A DNA stretch of 63,217 bases, filler included, from Octopus bimaculoides (GCF_001194135.2; 3 parts of 3 records of this genome joined end to end with filler, not necessarily neighbours in it), one strand, 5' to 3'. Shown: positions 1-13,704, counted from the whole stretch's first letter. Notes: generated by a model not told the origin, from the letters alone. A program made the numbers and translations.

Positions 1-249
1 AAATAAAACTACTGAACAATAATAATAATAATAATAATAATTTTAAAGCAAACACATAATTTTCTTATGGTTTCTTAAACATTCACTTGAACAAAACTGT
101 ACAAATCCAAATATATGGTACCCTAGGCATAACACCTACATGAACTTCTAACTTGTTGTCTCTTGAGGTCTCTGGGTGAGACTTGGATCCAACTTGTACA
201 AATGCAAAACAAAAGTCAAACATAAAATAATAATAATAATAATAATAAC

Positions 250-790
250 TGTTGCAGAATTCCCCAAATTGGACCAGGGAGAATATAAGAAATGAAGACG
301 TGTCCAAGTTGTGAAAGCTTTGCCAGAAATGGGGATTTGAGACTGGAAGCACATGGTATTACCATCGGTTGAATGAGTGCTTGAGTTGGAGAAATGCAAA
401 ATTTTATGGGATTTTCCTATTCAAACAGATAAGAAGCTAGAAAATAATAAACCAGACACAACAATAATAGACAAGGAAAATCGAAATTGTTTACTAATTG
501 ATCCACCATGCTCATTTCATTCCAGGATTGTGAAGAAAGGGGATGAAAAATTTTTAAAATTCAATCCCTTAAAAACTGAATTTGTGAGAATTTTGGAATA
601 TGAAAACTGTGAAGGTTGTGCCTGTAATTACTGGTGCATTGGATACTGTGAATAATGACATAGACAAATGGCTGAAGGAGACTGGAATTGAATATCCTGT
701 AGAGCTTCTACAGAAAGTTTGCCTCTTAGGGGCAGGAATGATTATCAGGAGGGTCTTAAGCACATGAAAAACTGGAATTGTAAAGTTCTT
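250..790 (+). mobile_element. 3' fragment of an R4/Dong-like non-LTR retrotransposon (restriction-like endonuclease domain)
   Basis: KILWDFPIQTDKKLENNKPD, VVPVITGAL and LLQKVCLLG motifs, frameshifted. Confidence 0.75.
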
Positions 791-1076
791 TGTAGGATTG
801 TCGTGATGAGTTCCAAGTGCATATGGGAAAAGTTAGTTGTTATTCACCAATATCATATCCAAGGTAAATTCTTATTCCTGTGTGTTTTACTGCTAAAGAA
901 ACTAACACAAACCTCATACACACACACACACACACACACATATATACACACACACACATATATACACACACACACACATATATACACACACACATCATAT
1001 TTATACACATCATATTTATACACATCATATTTCATTGCAAATGAAGTGCTCTTCATATTCAATAATATAAACTTGC

Positions 1077-1230
1077 CTTTGTGGTCTTCTACTTCTATGT
1101 CTGATTTCTGTCGTAAAATACTTGGTCCATAGTCTGTGATTTTGACAACCCACCTTCTGTCAACAACACAATTTGTGCTTTTCAGACGGCCATGAGATTT
1201 CAGAAAGGATTCATGGATATATAACATGCC
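1077..1230 (-). CDS. Receptor guanylyl cyclase gene B kinase-homology exon ([51 protein letters not shown])
   Basis: 154 bp, TTCCAG acceptor. The 3' end is best explained by a GC donor (AAG|GCAAGT) giving phase 1, the same phase as the paralogous gene A exon. The gene continues off the left edge. Confidence 0.92.
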
Positions 1231-2265
1231 CTGGAATGGAAAATGTTTTATTTTGTGATACAAAGGCAAGAAGGTTGGTTTAAGTCATTATGTGGATGTG
1301 AAGGCTTGTGAATGTTAAATTAGTGTTATACAGGTGTGAATAATGCAAGTCATTTTAACACTGGCATAAATATTAATTTATTGTTGTCATTATCTTCTTT
1401 TAATGCCTACAGGATCTGAAAGATCCAAAGATTGCTTCATGTTCTAATGTCTACTTTGGTGTTAGGAAGGATGCTTTCTTAACATCACCTAGTTTACAAG
1501 GTGTATTGGGGGCTTTTATTTTTGGGACACCAGCACTAGTGATGTAAACATACAGCTTGCAGAACTAAAAATTTTCATATACTAATTGGGGCTACAGAAG
1601 AGAGGCAAGTGGCTTTATGTTAGCAGATGAAGGATTACAGCATAAGAGAAGGGGCCCAGAAGAGAGCAGTTTTCTTACTGTAGAAGAGGTGGAGCATGAA
1701 ATTTAAGTCCAGGATAGATTGGTGTGAATGATGAGTTTGTGATATGAAGGAATGAAATTTAAGTCAATATCATGTAATAACTTACTTTTTCGAACCTATG
1801 TAACATTGGTTTCAAATTTTGGCACAGAACCAGCAATTGTAGGGGAGTTGTAAGTTGGTAACATTGATCCAAGTATTCAACTAGATTTTGTTTTACTGAC
1901 CATCAAGGGATAAAAGGCAAAGTCGACTCGATGGAATTTGAACTCAGAACATGGAGACAGATGAAATGCTGCTAAATACTTTGCATGGTATGCTAATGAT
2001 TCTGTCAGCTTTATGCAGGTGTAAATATTACATTAATGTTACATAAATGTGACTGTTAAGTGTATGTTACATAGGCATGAACATTATGGCAATGTTACAT
2101 GGTCGTGAATGATATGTTTGTTGTACTAGCCTGAAGGACAGTTGAGTTGGTGTTTCATTAGTATGTATGGAAAGGTTTTAGACCCCATTCGGTCATGAAT
2201 GACCATGGGATTGCAGCTAGAAAGTTCCCCCTCCAAGCACAAGTTGTTTACAGAAGGTGGTGAAC

Positions 2266-2480
2266 TGGCAGAAATATTAGCACGCTGGGTGAAATGCCTA
2301 GCGGTATTTCATCTGCTGTTGCATTCTGAGTTCAAATTCCGCCAAGGTCGACTTTGCCTTTCATCCTTTCAAGGTCGATTAAATTAAGTACCAGTTACGC
2401 ACTGGGGTCGATGTAATCGACTTAATCCCTTTGTCTGTCCTTGTTTGTCCCCTCTGTGTTTAGCCCTCTGTGAGCAGTAA
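2266..2480 (+). mobile_element. tRNA-derived SINE with Nin-like core; many further copies (e.g. about 23460-23640, 37592-37810, 39721-39990, 42280-42485, 43740-43890)
   Basis: A/B-box-like head followed by GTCGACTTTGCCTTTCATCCTTTC.GGGTCGATAAATTAAGTACCAGT, dispersed in both orientations. Confidence 0.7.
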
Positions 2481-2633
2481 AGACATAAATGCTAAATCTT
2501 TGTCTCTTTAGCATGAATTTGAAGTTAGAGTCAAACAGGTTTGAATATAAAGTTAGTGAATATTACATTTTTGTTACATTGTTATGAATGCCAACTCAAA
2601 GTTACACTTAGTGAATGTTTGGACATTTTCACA

Positions 2634-2760
2634 GGTCAAATGACCTTTCTCAGCTGCAAAAGGTCATGGATCCAAATTGATCCAAATGACCTTTCTTAGT
2701 AGCAATAGATAATGAATCAAAATTGATCCAAATGACCTTTCTCAACTGCAATAGGTAACA
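2634..2760. repeat. About 48-bp minisatellite, about 3 copies
   Basis: CAAATGACCTTTCT recurs at about 2636, 2683 and 2730. Confidence 0.6.
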
Positions 2761-5311
2761 AAATTATAGAGATTGTTAACTACAATATATATTTGTGTTG
2801 GTGGTGTTGTTGTTGTCAATGTTGTTGTTTTACCCCAGGGCAGCCAAGAATCAGCAGATCTATGTCTGCAGGAATAAGTAATAGATGGTATGGGAAGGTT
2901 TTAGTCCCCATTCGGTCATGAATGACCATGGGATTGCACCTAGAAAGTTACCCTCCCAAGTACAAGTCCGGGCAAGGTTGTTTATAGAAGACCAGCAGTC
3001 ACCCATGCATACCGGCCTCCCCTCTCCATGCCACTGATGCCATCCAATGGAAAAGCAAAGACCGATAACGCTTGGCACCTGTGACATTGCAACTCATTTC
3101 TACAGCTGAGTGAACTGGAGCAACGTGAAATAAAGTGTCTTGTTCAAGAACACAACAGGCAGCCTTGTCCGGGAATTGATCTCACAACCTCATGATTGTG
3201 AGCCTGATGCTCTAACCACTGAGCCATCCAGAGGTCCCTTGTCCTGGTATTTTATCCAGGGGTAACATTTACTACAGTTCTCTTTAAGATCAGATCTTAT
3301 ACTCCATTTCTCAATAAGTCTCAACTCACTTTAAAACACATTTGCTGTTTTTTTTTATTTATTTATTCTAACAAACTTGATCTCCCAAGAATTTTCAGGA
3401 ATATTCTACAAAAACAAAGACATAATTAAAATGAAACAAGCTAGTGAAGGAACATCTAGCTGCCATCAAGACTGCTAGAAATAGCAGTCAAATTTTCCTC
3501 ATTAGCTCCTCTAGAGCTTTCTGGAATACTTTACCAAAACAAGGTATTATGATAATAAAAGACATCATTAGAAGAGCCTCTTATTTGGACATCAAGCCTG
3601 CTAGGAATAGCAGTCAAATGACCCTCAAACTCTGCCTTATTAAATAAAGAATACATTAGATAAGGTAGATAAGAGCTACACAATGCCTGATAAAAGACAA
3701 GAAGGTCATGTTAGAATACTTTTGATCAAAGTTGTTCTTAATGAACGCTGATTTGGGGTTTAAACTTCAACAACATCAACAATAACAACAATAACATCGA
3801 AATAATGATAAGAATTATATTACTTAAGAGGTTATGTTAGATATTGTGATTTAATGAGAAAGATGCATGAGTGATAGGGGTGTCTTTATTTCGATACTGT
3901 GCTACAATGGTACAAAATATTATAGAATTTAATTCCAAAACATGTTGCTTATTTTCAGAATTAATCTTTGCCATACAGCATCTTTATACTCTTTTACTCT
4001 TTTATTCTTTTACTTGTTTCAGTCATTTGACTGTGACCATGCTGGGGCACCACCTTTAGTCGAGCAAATCAACCCCAAGACTTATTCTTTGTAAGACTAG
4101 TACTTTTTCTATTGGTCTCTTATGCTGAACCACTAAGTTACGGGGGACGTAGACACACAAGCATCAGTTGTCAGACACACACACATACATTTATATATAT
4201 ATATACAATGGGCTTCTTTCAGTTTCCATCTACCAAATCTACTCACAAGGCTTTGGTTGGCCCCAGACTATAGTAGAAGAAACTTGCCCAAGGTGCCACG
4301 CAGTGGGACTAAACCCAGAATCATGTGGTTGGGAAGAAAGCTTCTTACTACACAGCCACTCCTGTACCTATTATCAATAATTTTTTTATCATAAATATAG
4401 AGGCATATGAGTTTGTGTGTGTATGCTTGTCTGTTTGCGTGCATGTGTGTGTGATATATGTGTGTTGTGTGTGTGTGTGTGTGTTTGTGTTTGTGTTTGT
4501 GTGTGTGGTGTGTGTGTGTGTTTGTGCATGTGTGTGTGTGTGTATCATAGTGTATAGAGCTGAATATAAACCTACAAAAGATTGCCTGAGCTATGGGTTG
4601 TCTTAATTCTTAAGCATTCAAGTTTCTCTGTCAAATGTAATGCTTGTTTATTCACATTGTTTTGAATCAATCATGCATTATCTCATAGCTTTGAGATTTC
4701 CATGATATGATTTGTTTACTTTTTAGAATGACATTGTAGGGTAGGTGAGAGAGGCCAGATGTGGCCAGTTTGAACATAAAACTGGCAGAATATTTGGACT
4801 AGATATTGCCAACACAAATACCAAAGGGCTAAACTTAGAGTAAGGTCTGTAATGAGCCCGAGAATTCATAAGACTCTGAGCTTAATCTGGTTTCTATGGC
4901 ATATAAATCACTGAGATTACAAGAGTCCCAACTGAATGGGATGCCTGTCTGTCACGGTGTTAACTTCACAGCTTTTGCTGGAACTCATTTACAGCAGAAT
5001 GGACTGGAACAGTGTGAAATGAAATGATTTGCTCATGAATACAATTCACTGCCCAGTCCCAGAATTGAAACCATGGTTTTATGCTCATGAGTACAACACT
5101 CTAACCACTAGGCCACATGCCTCCAAGTTGTCTTAAGCTCTGAGCTTTTAACATTTTGTGATTTAAAGTTATCACCAATATTGATTGAAAACAACATAAG
5201 ACTGGTTCATCTACAAGTTGCATAACGTAGATCATGTGGGACATGTGGAAACCATACAGGAAGTCCACTTTATATAAGTGTATTCGTTGTAGTCAAAGCT
5301 TTGTTACATTC

Positions 5312-5404
5312 AACCCTTTAGCACTTAAATCCAACCATATTTGGCCCAGCTATCCTACTGGTTTTATGTTCAGACTGGCCAGATCCAGCCTCTCACATTA
5401 ACCT
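5312..5404 (+). mobile_element. Left part of a piggyBac-like MITE split by the LTR element (right part 7675-7810)
   Basis: Starts AACCCTTTAGCA and the right part ends TTAAAGGGTTA. Matches the intact copy at 10765-10978. Confidence 0.55.
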
Positions 5405-7674
5405 TGTAGTAACTCCTGCGCATGCGTAGTCTTACACATGCGTAAAATTAAACAAGCAAGCGTTTCCCGCTCAATTCATCCTCTTTCACGCTGGCCAGCG
5501 ATTGAGCATGGACGTGTGTTTAAAAGCTGTCCCTACATCTTTCGGTCTTATACTCGACAGCTCGTTATTCTCACTTCTAAAGATGTATAACTAAAGATTT
5601 GTATGTTTACCAAGTAAATAAATGTTGTTTGAGTTGTTTAGTCTGGAGTTCAGCGTTCCGTCTATTTCTTCAATTTTATAGTAGAAAGTCAGGTATACAA
5701 TCTAAAGATGTATAACCCACTTTCTACTAAAGTGGTGACTCCCGACGAAGAAAAAACGCAGCATGAACTACGGATTACCAACTTATAACTGGTGAACCTC
5801 GACTAAAGAACAAATACGGCCATGGAGACTGACTCATTACCAACATCTCCAAACATAGTCAACACGACTCAACAAGCGTGGTTTTTATTCTCGTCTCTGT
5901 TAGAGTGGATTTTTTCCACTCACGAAAAACAGACTGGATTTACGGCCTGCTTTTTATGTTTTTATATGTCGCATTTCACACTTTCACATTACACATACAT
6001 CTTTTATGCTACACAATAACTCTTGTCATTCATTTCAGACGGTCGTTCTTTCATCTTGGGTTAAGAAAATTTTTTCTTCGAGGTTTCGCTAATGGTCGTA
6101 CAGAAATTGTGTCTGTCGATCGTTCTGTAAANNNNNNNNNNGGTGTAAAAGACTAACTGGCATCTCTTGTCAAGAGTACAGGCGATAGTCACATGGCTGA
6201 CGCTTTAATTATTTGATTGCTGTTATTCTGTGCGTCTGTGTGTAAAGACCAGTTGTGTTTTGCAGGGCTGCTTTATTTTTACCCTTAACTTAGAAATGAA
6301 TAAAGATATAGTGCTAGATATAAAAACAAATAAGCCATTTGGGGTAGAAATATTGTAGAAAAACGTGAAATTCTTCGAGCAGGCAGGCCGACTTCTTCAT
6401 TGAAAGCTAAAGTTTAAACTCGAACATTCCAGATTGATTGGCTTTGTGCAAGTAGCGTCACAGAGAAACTCTACTGTTGGCCATGTTTGTTGTTTCAAGC
6501 AAAAGCTAATCAGTCGTGGACAGATGGAGGCTATAATAATTATGAAAACATCCTGAGTGACTGTAAGCATCACAGTAAATCAGTGCGTCATTTCAGTAGT
6601 TTATAAAAGCTTGAAAACTTTCGGATTGTACGATATTGTGACAGCTATTAGTGAGTCTGCTAAACTGGAAGAACGGCATAACAAAGCAGCTGAAGAAAAT
6701 AAAACAATATTTAAAGCAGTTAACAGATGCAGTGTTATACCTGTGTAAACAAGAGTTACCTTTACGTACACATGATGAAGGAAGTCACAGCCTTAACAGA
6801 GGAAATTGCTGGGAATTATTGCAGTACTTTGCTGAAACCGACAGCGTGTTTACTTCTAGAATTTCTACTAAAGAGGAGTCGAAAGAGTTTTCAGGAGTCT
6901 CAAGCACAATATAAAATGACCTAATACGATTGGAAATGTCATCTCTGATGAAATTAGGCGTGAAGTGATAAAGCTCCGTTTATGTCTGTACAAGCCGATG
7001 AAACTAGATTGTGCAATGCATGCTCAACTGTCGATCATAATAAGATGTGTATACGAAGACAAAATATGCGAACGATTTCTTGGATTCTATGAAGTTTGTG
7101 ATGATAAAAGCGCTACAAGACCATCTGACGTGATCGCAACTGCGTTGAACTCCTTCAGTGAGCCAGACTTACGACGGAACAGCTTTAATGGCAGGGACGC
7201 TAAACGGACTACAGAGCAAGCTAAGGGATAATGGATTTTAACACGCGCACTTCATTCATTGCTATGCGCATAAACTTAACTTAGACTTGAATAAAAGTGA
7301 CGAGAAGATGAGTGGAGTAAAAACGTTCTTTTTTTGTTTTTCTCATTTAAGCGTGTAATAACGCCTGCGCATGCGTAGTCTTACGCATGCGTAAAATTAA
7401 ACAAGCAAGCGTCTCCCGCTCAATTCATTCTCTTTCACGCTGGCCAGCGATTGAGCAAGGACGTGTGTTTTAAAGCTGTCTCTACATCTTTCGGTCTTAT
7501 ACTCGACAGCTCGTTATTCTCACCTCTAAAGATGTACAACTAAAAGATATGTATGTTTTACCAAGTAAATAAATGTTGTTTAGTCTGGAGTTCAGCGTAC
7601 CGTTGTATTTCATTAAATTTATAGTAGAAAGTCAGGTATACAATCTAAAGATGTATAACCCACTTTCTACTAAA
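5405..7674 (+). mobile_element. LTR-bounded element (about 320-bp LTRs, 4-5 bp TSD) carrying hAT transposase sequence internally
   Basis: Direct repeats at 5405-5731 and 7354-7674, both starting TGTA, with roughly 8 differences in the first ~135 bp. A PBS-like TGGTGACTCCCGACG follows the 5' repeat. (A)ACCT is duplicated at 5400/5401-5404 and 7674/7675-7678. The host MITE is restored when the element is removed. Confidence 0.75.
6296..7353 (+). pseudogene. Degenerate hAT-family (TTF-type zinc finger/DUF4371, ZMYM1-like) transposase fragment
   Basis: Frameshifted pieces read LYCWPCLLF, KQELPLRTHDE..NRGN, SVQADETTDC..QLSIIIR..ERFLGF and CYAHKLNL. The sequence is cut off at the 3' LTR. Confidence 0.8.
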
Positions 7675-7990
7675 ACCTTACAATGTTATTTTAAAAGTAA
7701 ACAATCCCATCATTGAAATTTCGGAGGTATGAGATAATGCATGATTAATTCAAAACAATGTGAATAAATAAGCATTACATTTGACAGAGTAGTCTGAATG
7801 CTTAAAGGGTTATGGGAAAGGTAACCAATTTGACAATTACACATGTTACATTACTACCCTCTTCTATGGTCCTATCACACAATATTTTCAATTGAAATAT
7901 ACAAGTATGTTTCATTAACTTTATTTATTGAAAGGTTGTATTAAAACAAACAAAAATGGATTGTAAACCAGTCTAAAACTGTCTAATATA

Positions 7991-8650
7991 CAGGGTGGCC
8001 ACAAAATCACACACCATGGGAGATATCAAGCATGCTTTATTAGCAATGAAGTAGGTAATCCATTACAAATGTTCAAAGTGTTGGCCATATAGCTCTAAAC
8101 AAGTGTTCATACGGAATTTGAAATTGCAATGAACCCTCTCAAATAGATCTTCTTGTCATTGACTTGTTCACACGCTTCAACAATTCTTTGAGGAAGATGT
8201 CCTTGGTCATGAATCTTTTAAGAATACACAAGGAATTTAATGTAGCCTTAGAAGAAAAAGTCCATGGGAGTTAAATCTGGTGACTGTGGTGCCCATTCAA
8301 TTGGTCCGCGACGCCTGAGCCATCTCCCAGGATAATGTTCATTCAGAAAATTATGAGCCTGTAATTCACAAAGGAGCAGAGCCCCATCTTGCTGAAACCA
8401 GACAGGATTTTCCCTTCCAAGTGAATGCACGTGAGGCATTATCTTGTTGCCAAACATGTCCAGAACCTTCAAAATAGAATGGTCCAATTACTTGATTGTG
8501 CCAAATCCCACTCAACACCATTACCTTGCCCCCACCTTGTTGATTATCTGCCTCCATCCAATGAGGATTGGTTTGTGAGTAATATCAGAAGTTGTGGAAA
8601 GAGATAAAAAGAAGAGAATGTTAGCAATTTCATATATTGCAGGATGGCGT
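7991..8650 (-). mobile_element. Degenerate IS630-Tc1-mariner transposon, 3' part (Tc3- or rosa-like)
   Basis: WFQQDGA and WAPQSPDLTPMDFFF motifs, with stops and frameshifts. TA followed by the TIR-like CAGGGTGGCCACAAAA at 7991. Confidence 0.8.
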
Positions 8651-9785
8651 GTGACTTTATGACCACCTTGTAGTTTAAAACAACAACATAGCAAACGTAA
8701 CTGATGTACACTAATCAATATTTACCAGCAGTAAAAATAAATTGCCTAAATTTTATCAACCGAGACTGTTAGTTAGTAAGGTGTTTTAACAGTATCACAA
8801 CATTGGTTAATAGTGCGGAATATGGTAGCTGAGAGCTGGATATTTGTTCAGTTTACTTGGTGTTCACATATAAAACCAAGTCATGATATTTGGTTTTCAA
8901 TAAATCACATTTATTTATATAACAAAATTACAATGATTACTTGCCGAAACTATTAAGCTGAATGCCTGAAGTGTGTCTACGTGTGGAAAGAGATGAGAAA
9001 ATAAGTCTTCAAATTTGGTGAAATGATCTTTTAATATGAGACCAAGTAGCTTGGCTGCCAATAAGCCAAGAATATCACTGCTGACCTCTGCCAAGCTCAC
9101 TCTTCTCTCTGATTTGTATTTCCTGCACATGTCAGATAGTGACCATCATTTCGTGCAAAATTTTCCATTACTCTTCATACCCATACAAATATGCCAGGAC
9201 AGAGATTGATCAAAAGTAGGCTAATGTTACCTGATGTGGAATGTTGCTTCCAAGTATAGAAATTTGATGTGTCTTTTGCCCATTATGAGACCATCATGGT
9301 TTTGAATGTAAAGTACTGCTATAATAAAACGGTTGTTAAAGACTTATCTGGACAGTAAACATTTAATGGTGAGTGTCACACTCTGATGCCTCTGTGACAG
9401 TTGGAATATCATCCTGATTGCTAAGTAAAGACCTTTATAACTTTGATGATATATTTTTTATCGTAATTGTAGTTTTACAAGTGTTAGTTTTGATACAACA
9501 TAAGTTAAGATATACAATTAGATTCAAAATCAAGATTTGAAGCCTTTGTAGATTAATTTCATACAGCAAATGTAACTAAAACATAAACTTACATCTTTAA
9601 ATAGAAATTCCAAAGGAATTACTTCATAAACCCAGTTGATGTGTGTGTGCATATGTGTGTGTGTGTGTAAGTATGTAGTATGTATGTATACATGCATGTT
9701 TGTATAGAGAGAGAAAAAGAGAGAGAGAAGGGGTGGATAGATAGATTGATAGACAGATTGATTGACAGATAGATAGATAGGTAGG

Positions 9786-9816
<31 letters not shown>

Positions 9817-9855
9817 GTAGATAGAGAGCGAGAGTGACAGACAGACTGATAGATT

Positions 9856-9889
<34 letters not shown>

Positions 9890-10103
9890 TATGCACACAG
9901 GTAGATAGACAGACAGACATACGTATTTATGATATTTGTGTGTGTGTGTGCATATGTGTATATATTTGTATGTGCATATGTGTATATGTGTGTGAATTTG
10001 TATATATGTGATTTCAAGCACGTGTATGTGTATTTGTATGTGCATGCATGTATGTGCTTGTGTGTGAAACCATATACCAAAAGAGTGAAGAAACAATACA
10101 TAC

Positions 10104-10175
10104 TGTAATGATATCCCACACAAAAGACATGGCAAACATGGCATCCATTTTAAAATCAGGATTTTCAAGAATGTT
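10104..10175 (-). CDS. Receptor guanylyl cyclase gene B exon (NILENPDFKMDAMFAMSFVWDIIT)
   Basis: 72 bp, strong polypyrimidine-CAG acceptor, GTATGT donor, phase 0-0. Homologous to the DILEN...LDWMF..S...DI exon of receptor guanylyl cyclases. Confidence 0.92.
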
Positions 10176-10764
10176 CTGTAAAAGAGAAAAAATTGAACAG
10201 AAAAAATTGTTTTTTTTTAACTCTTTAGAACACATTATTTTACTCAAATGTAATGCTTTGTATTCTGAGTTTAAATTCTGCTGAGGCTGACTTTGTCTTT
10301 CATCCTCTTGAGGTCGATAAAATAAGTACCAGTTGAGTACTGGGGGTTGGTGTAACCAACTTTACCCCTCCCCCAAAATTAGTGGCCTTATGCCAAAATT
10401 TGAAACCATTATTTTGAATTAATCATGTATTACCTTGTAGCTTTGAGATTTCAATGATGTAATTGTTTATTTTTAGAATTACATTATAGGGAAGTTATGA
10501 GGGGCTAGATCTAACCAGATAAAGGTAGAACATTTGGGTTAGAAATGGCTGGCTTAACGTTTTAGCATTCAGATTACTCTGTCAAATTTAAAGTTTATCC
10601 TTTCACATTGTTTTGAATCAATCATACACTAATCTCATAGCTTTGAGATTTTGATGATGTGATTATAAACTTTTAGAATGTCATTGTGGGGTGGGTGTTG
10701 AGAGGATGCATCTGATCAGTTTGAATATAAAAAAGGTAGAATATTTGGTTGGGATATGGTTGAC

Positions 10765-10978
10765 TTAACCCTTTAGCATTTAAACTGGCCACATTCTCCC
10801 AAAATATTCTATCGGTTTTCTGTTTAAACAGACCAGATTCAGTCTCTCACAGCTATCTTACAATGTCATTCTCAAAGTAAACAACTGCATTATTGAAACC
10901 TCAAAGCTACAAGGTAATGTCTGTTTAATTCAAAACAATGTGAATAAATAAGTATTACATTTGAATGCTAAGGGTTAA
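10765..10978 (+). mobile_element. piggyBac-like MITE (TTAA-CCCTT...AAGGG-TTAA); related copies at about 4610-4830 and 10410-10765
   Basis: TTAA at both ends, short TIR CCCTTTAGCATT/AATGCTAAGGG, non-coding. Confidence 0.6.
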
Positions 10979-12799
10979 AAGCTAAAGATATGAATAATAT
11001 ATTTGGTCTGTCTATACTCAGGTGAAGTGGTAAAGGCATTATATATTATCACTAACATAGTTGGTCTATCTTCATGCAGGAAATTTGGTGAAGAATATTA
11101 CACATTATTGCTAACATATTTGGACTGTCTATGTTCAAAGAAGATATTACACATTAAAATAACTCACCTTATTCAATTTTTTTCTTTCTCAAATCAATTG
11201 AAAAAAAATGAAAAATAATTCTAGTGAAGTTTCTTATGTCTGGTAATGTCAGCTATAATGTATGCATAACAATATCATTTACAGTGCCACTTAGCTAGCT
11301 TCCAACACCATAGTAATTGGTGCCAGAGGGAGATAAATGGTACCGTGATGTATGTACATCAATACCAATTATGGTGGTGGGAAGAGTTCACAGATGATTT
11401 ATATCCATTTCATCAGTGAAGCCAAGGGAAGATAAATGGTACCAACCATGATGTATGTACAAGAATGTTATCTATGGTGCCATGGAGAAAATAAATGGTA
11501 TTAATCACATTGTATGTATAGTGTCTGGAAGAGATAAGTTGTCACAAAGCCATTTATAAAATAACTTTAATTCCATGCAAATTTATATGCTCCACAGTTA
11601 GTGGACAGCTGGTTAAATTAAAGAGGGACCAAAAAATTTGCCTGAAGGGATAATAGTTCAAATCCAATCTTAGGTACTGTACTGAATCCAAAGCCAAAAC
11701 ACATAAAGCTCTCTAAGCACCAGGACTTAATTCAGATTTTTAGTTTTCGCGAATATTTGTGGATCAGGGCATAGTGAGCTGATTTTCATTTGCTAAGTTC
11801 AGTTTTTAATATAAAGATGTTATGAGTATGTACAACAGTGGGAGCATTATATAAGTTCTAGATACTTCAATAACATGCAGTGTTTATAATTGGGAATCTG
11901 GAGACAAAATAATGTGGAAACCCATTTTAATATAATTCTCTTTCATAGGTCTTGGAATTAGTTGGAACACGCAAAAAAAAAAGAGAAAAAAATACAATTT
12001 CAGTATTTGAATCTCAACATATTTGTTGTAGTAAACTAGGGTATTTTAAATAATTAAAACCACACGTTTAGTGACAAGACCAAATTCTTTTTTTTTTTTA
12101 ATTGCTAATTCTTGTGAAAAAGCAGGATAAACAATTCTAACATTTTAATTAATTGTAATTAAATATGGAATACAATAGGAAGTGAATTTGACCTTTGGTA
12201 GTTCTAGAATAACTCTAAATATATTTCAGTTTTATTAGTCCTCTTCAGGAAGACATAGTTTAATTTTTATATGAGATTTTAAAATGACAAGAGATATATA
12301 CAGGATTTTTGTGAATAAACACCAAGAGATGTTATTACTTGGAAAACAATTGGGGTATTGTAGCTGCTTAGGTCAGCTCCCAATCCAGCAAACCTATGAT
12401 CAAAGGTATTCCAGCCATGAACATCTACCCTTTAAATAATACTATACCATCTTAATATAGTGTTATTTAAAGGATATTTGGTTGCTGTTTCTAGTAGAAA
12501 TAAGGATTGCCTAATTTTTTTTCCCACTCCATTTCTGCTCAGATTATTATACTTTCAGAACACTCTCCATTACTAATAAAATTGCCAAAATAACACAAAC
12601 TGTCAACTACTTCATATTTCATATGAATTTAAAAGATTTTTTATCATGGGTATTCTTATAGCTGACTACTCTGTGTATCAACTCTATACCAAAGCTTTCT
12701 CCGTCAATAGGCCTGTGATTCCATTGCAACTCTTGTACATTCCTAGTTTACATTAGATATACTGTATATATTTCTCACCTCATAGTGTTTTATTATATA

Positions 12800-13450
12800 T
12801 TAAGTATTGTAACTCCCCAGGCTTGGTAGAATTCTATTTTCTCAACTGCTTATTGAAATTTTTGTTGTGTATCTTCATATTCTTAATTTGTTTTCAGAAT
12901 TGTAATTTCTTCTGTAATTCTTTGACTGACTCAGCTATAAGAACTAGAGCATTGTCTTACATTAGTTCCCATGGACAATCAGTCTTCAACATCTCTCTCA
13001 TGGCCTAGAAGTTGAGGCTAAGAACTATACCCTGATGAACACCTGCCTGTATATTCAATTCATTGCTGAATTTATTGTTAATTCTCACTTTGGTAACATT
13101 TCTATACACAAATTGTATGGCTCACATAAATCCTTCATCAACAAATAGCTTGGCACCTTTTTACAGGTACCGTACTCCAGGTCGAAATCTGTTAATTATT
13201 TCCTGAATTTCCTTCAGCTATTTTTTGGATGGCTTATAATATCTGGTAATTCTTCCCAGAACTTCCTATGACTAATTTTAGATTCTCCTAATCCAAGTTC
13301 TGGAAGGAGTTAACAGCTGTTAAGCTCTTTCCAATAATCCCTTTGTTTATTTTTAGATACACTTAAGATTTAGTAATCCCTTCAAGATGTCTAGTTTTTT
13401 GCCTCTTTTTTTCCCCTCCTGAAATTGATACAAGGAAAATATAAGGAGTG
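12800..13450 (-). mobile_element. Highly degenerate RTE-like LINE RT fragment
   Basis: YRNVTKVRINN..GVHQG, KTDCPWEL and ALVLIAES..ELQKKLQ, paralleling the element at 59301. Confidence 0.55.
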
Positions 13451-13699
13451 AGAAGTATCTAACTGTTTCAACTAACAGAGAACAACAGTTAAAAAGTAAA
13501 CAGTTAATTTATAATCGTTAGTTTGACAAAATATATTTTGTCAGACTAATGATTATGGATTAAATGATTAGACAATCTCACACCTGTCTTTGGCCAGACA
13601 TAGTTTCTTTGAACATGTCATTTCCTGGAACATTTTAAAAGTAGTTATCTTCCGAGCTTATTAAATATACTTACGCACTTACTTTTGTCACCCTATCCT

Positions 13700-13704
13700 C
13701 TCTC

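Noticed and set aside
1077-1230. Gene B as an uncollapsed haplotype of gene A
   Set aside because: About one-third of aligned residues differ, exon lengths differ (154 vs 166 bp), and the introns are unrelated.
8915-9413. ORF MCRKYKSERRVSLAEV... and a possible terminal exon DDIPTVTEASECDTHH
   Set aside because: No homology to guanylyl cyclase or any family I recognise, and they lie inside a gene B intron whose flanking exons already join in frame.
11168-11242. Strong minus-strand GTGAGT donor
   Set aside because: Stops in all candidate frames and no homology.
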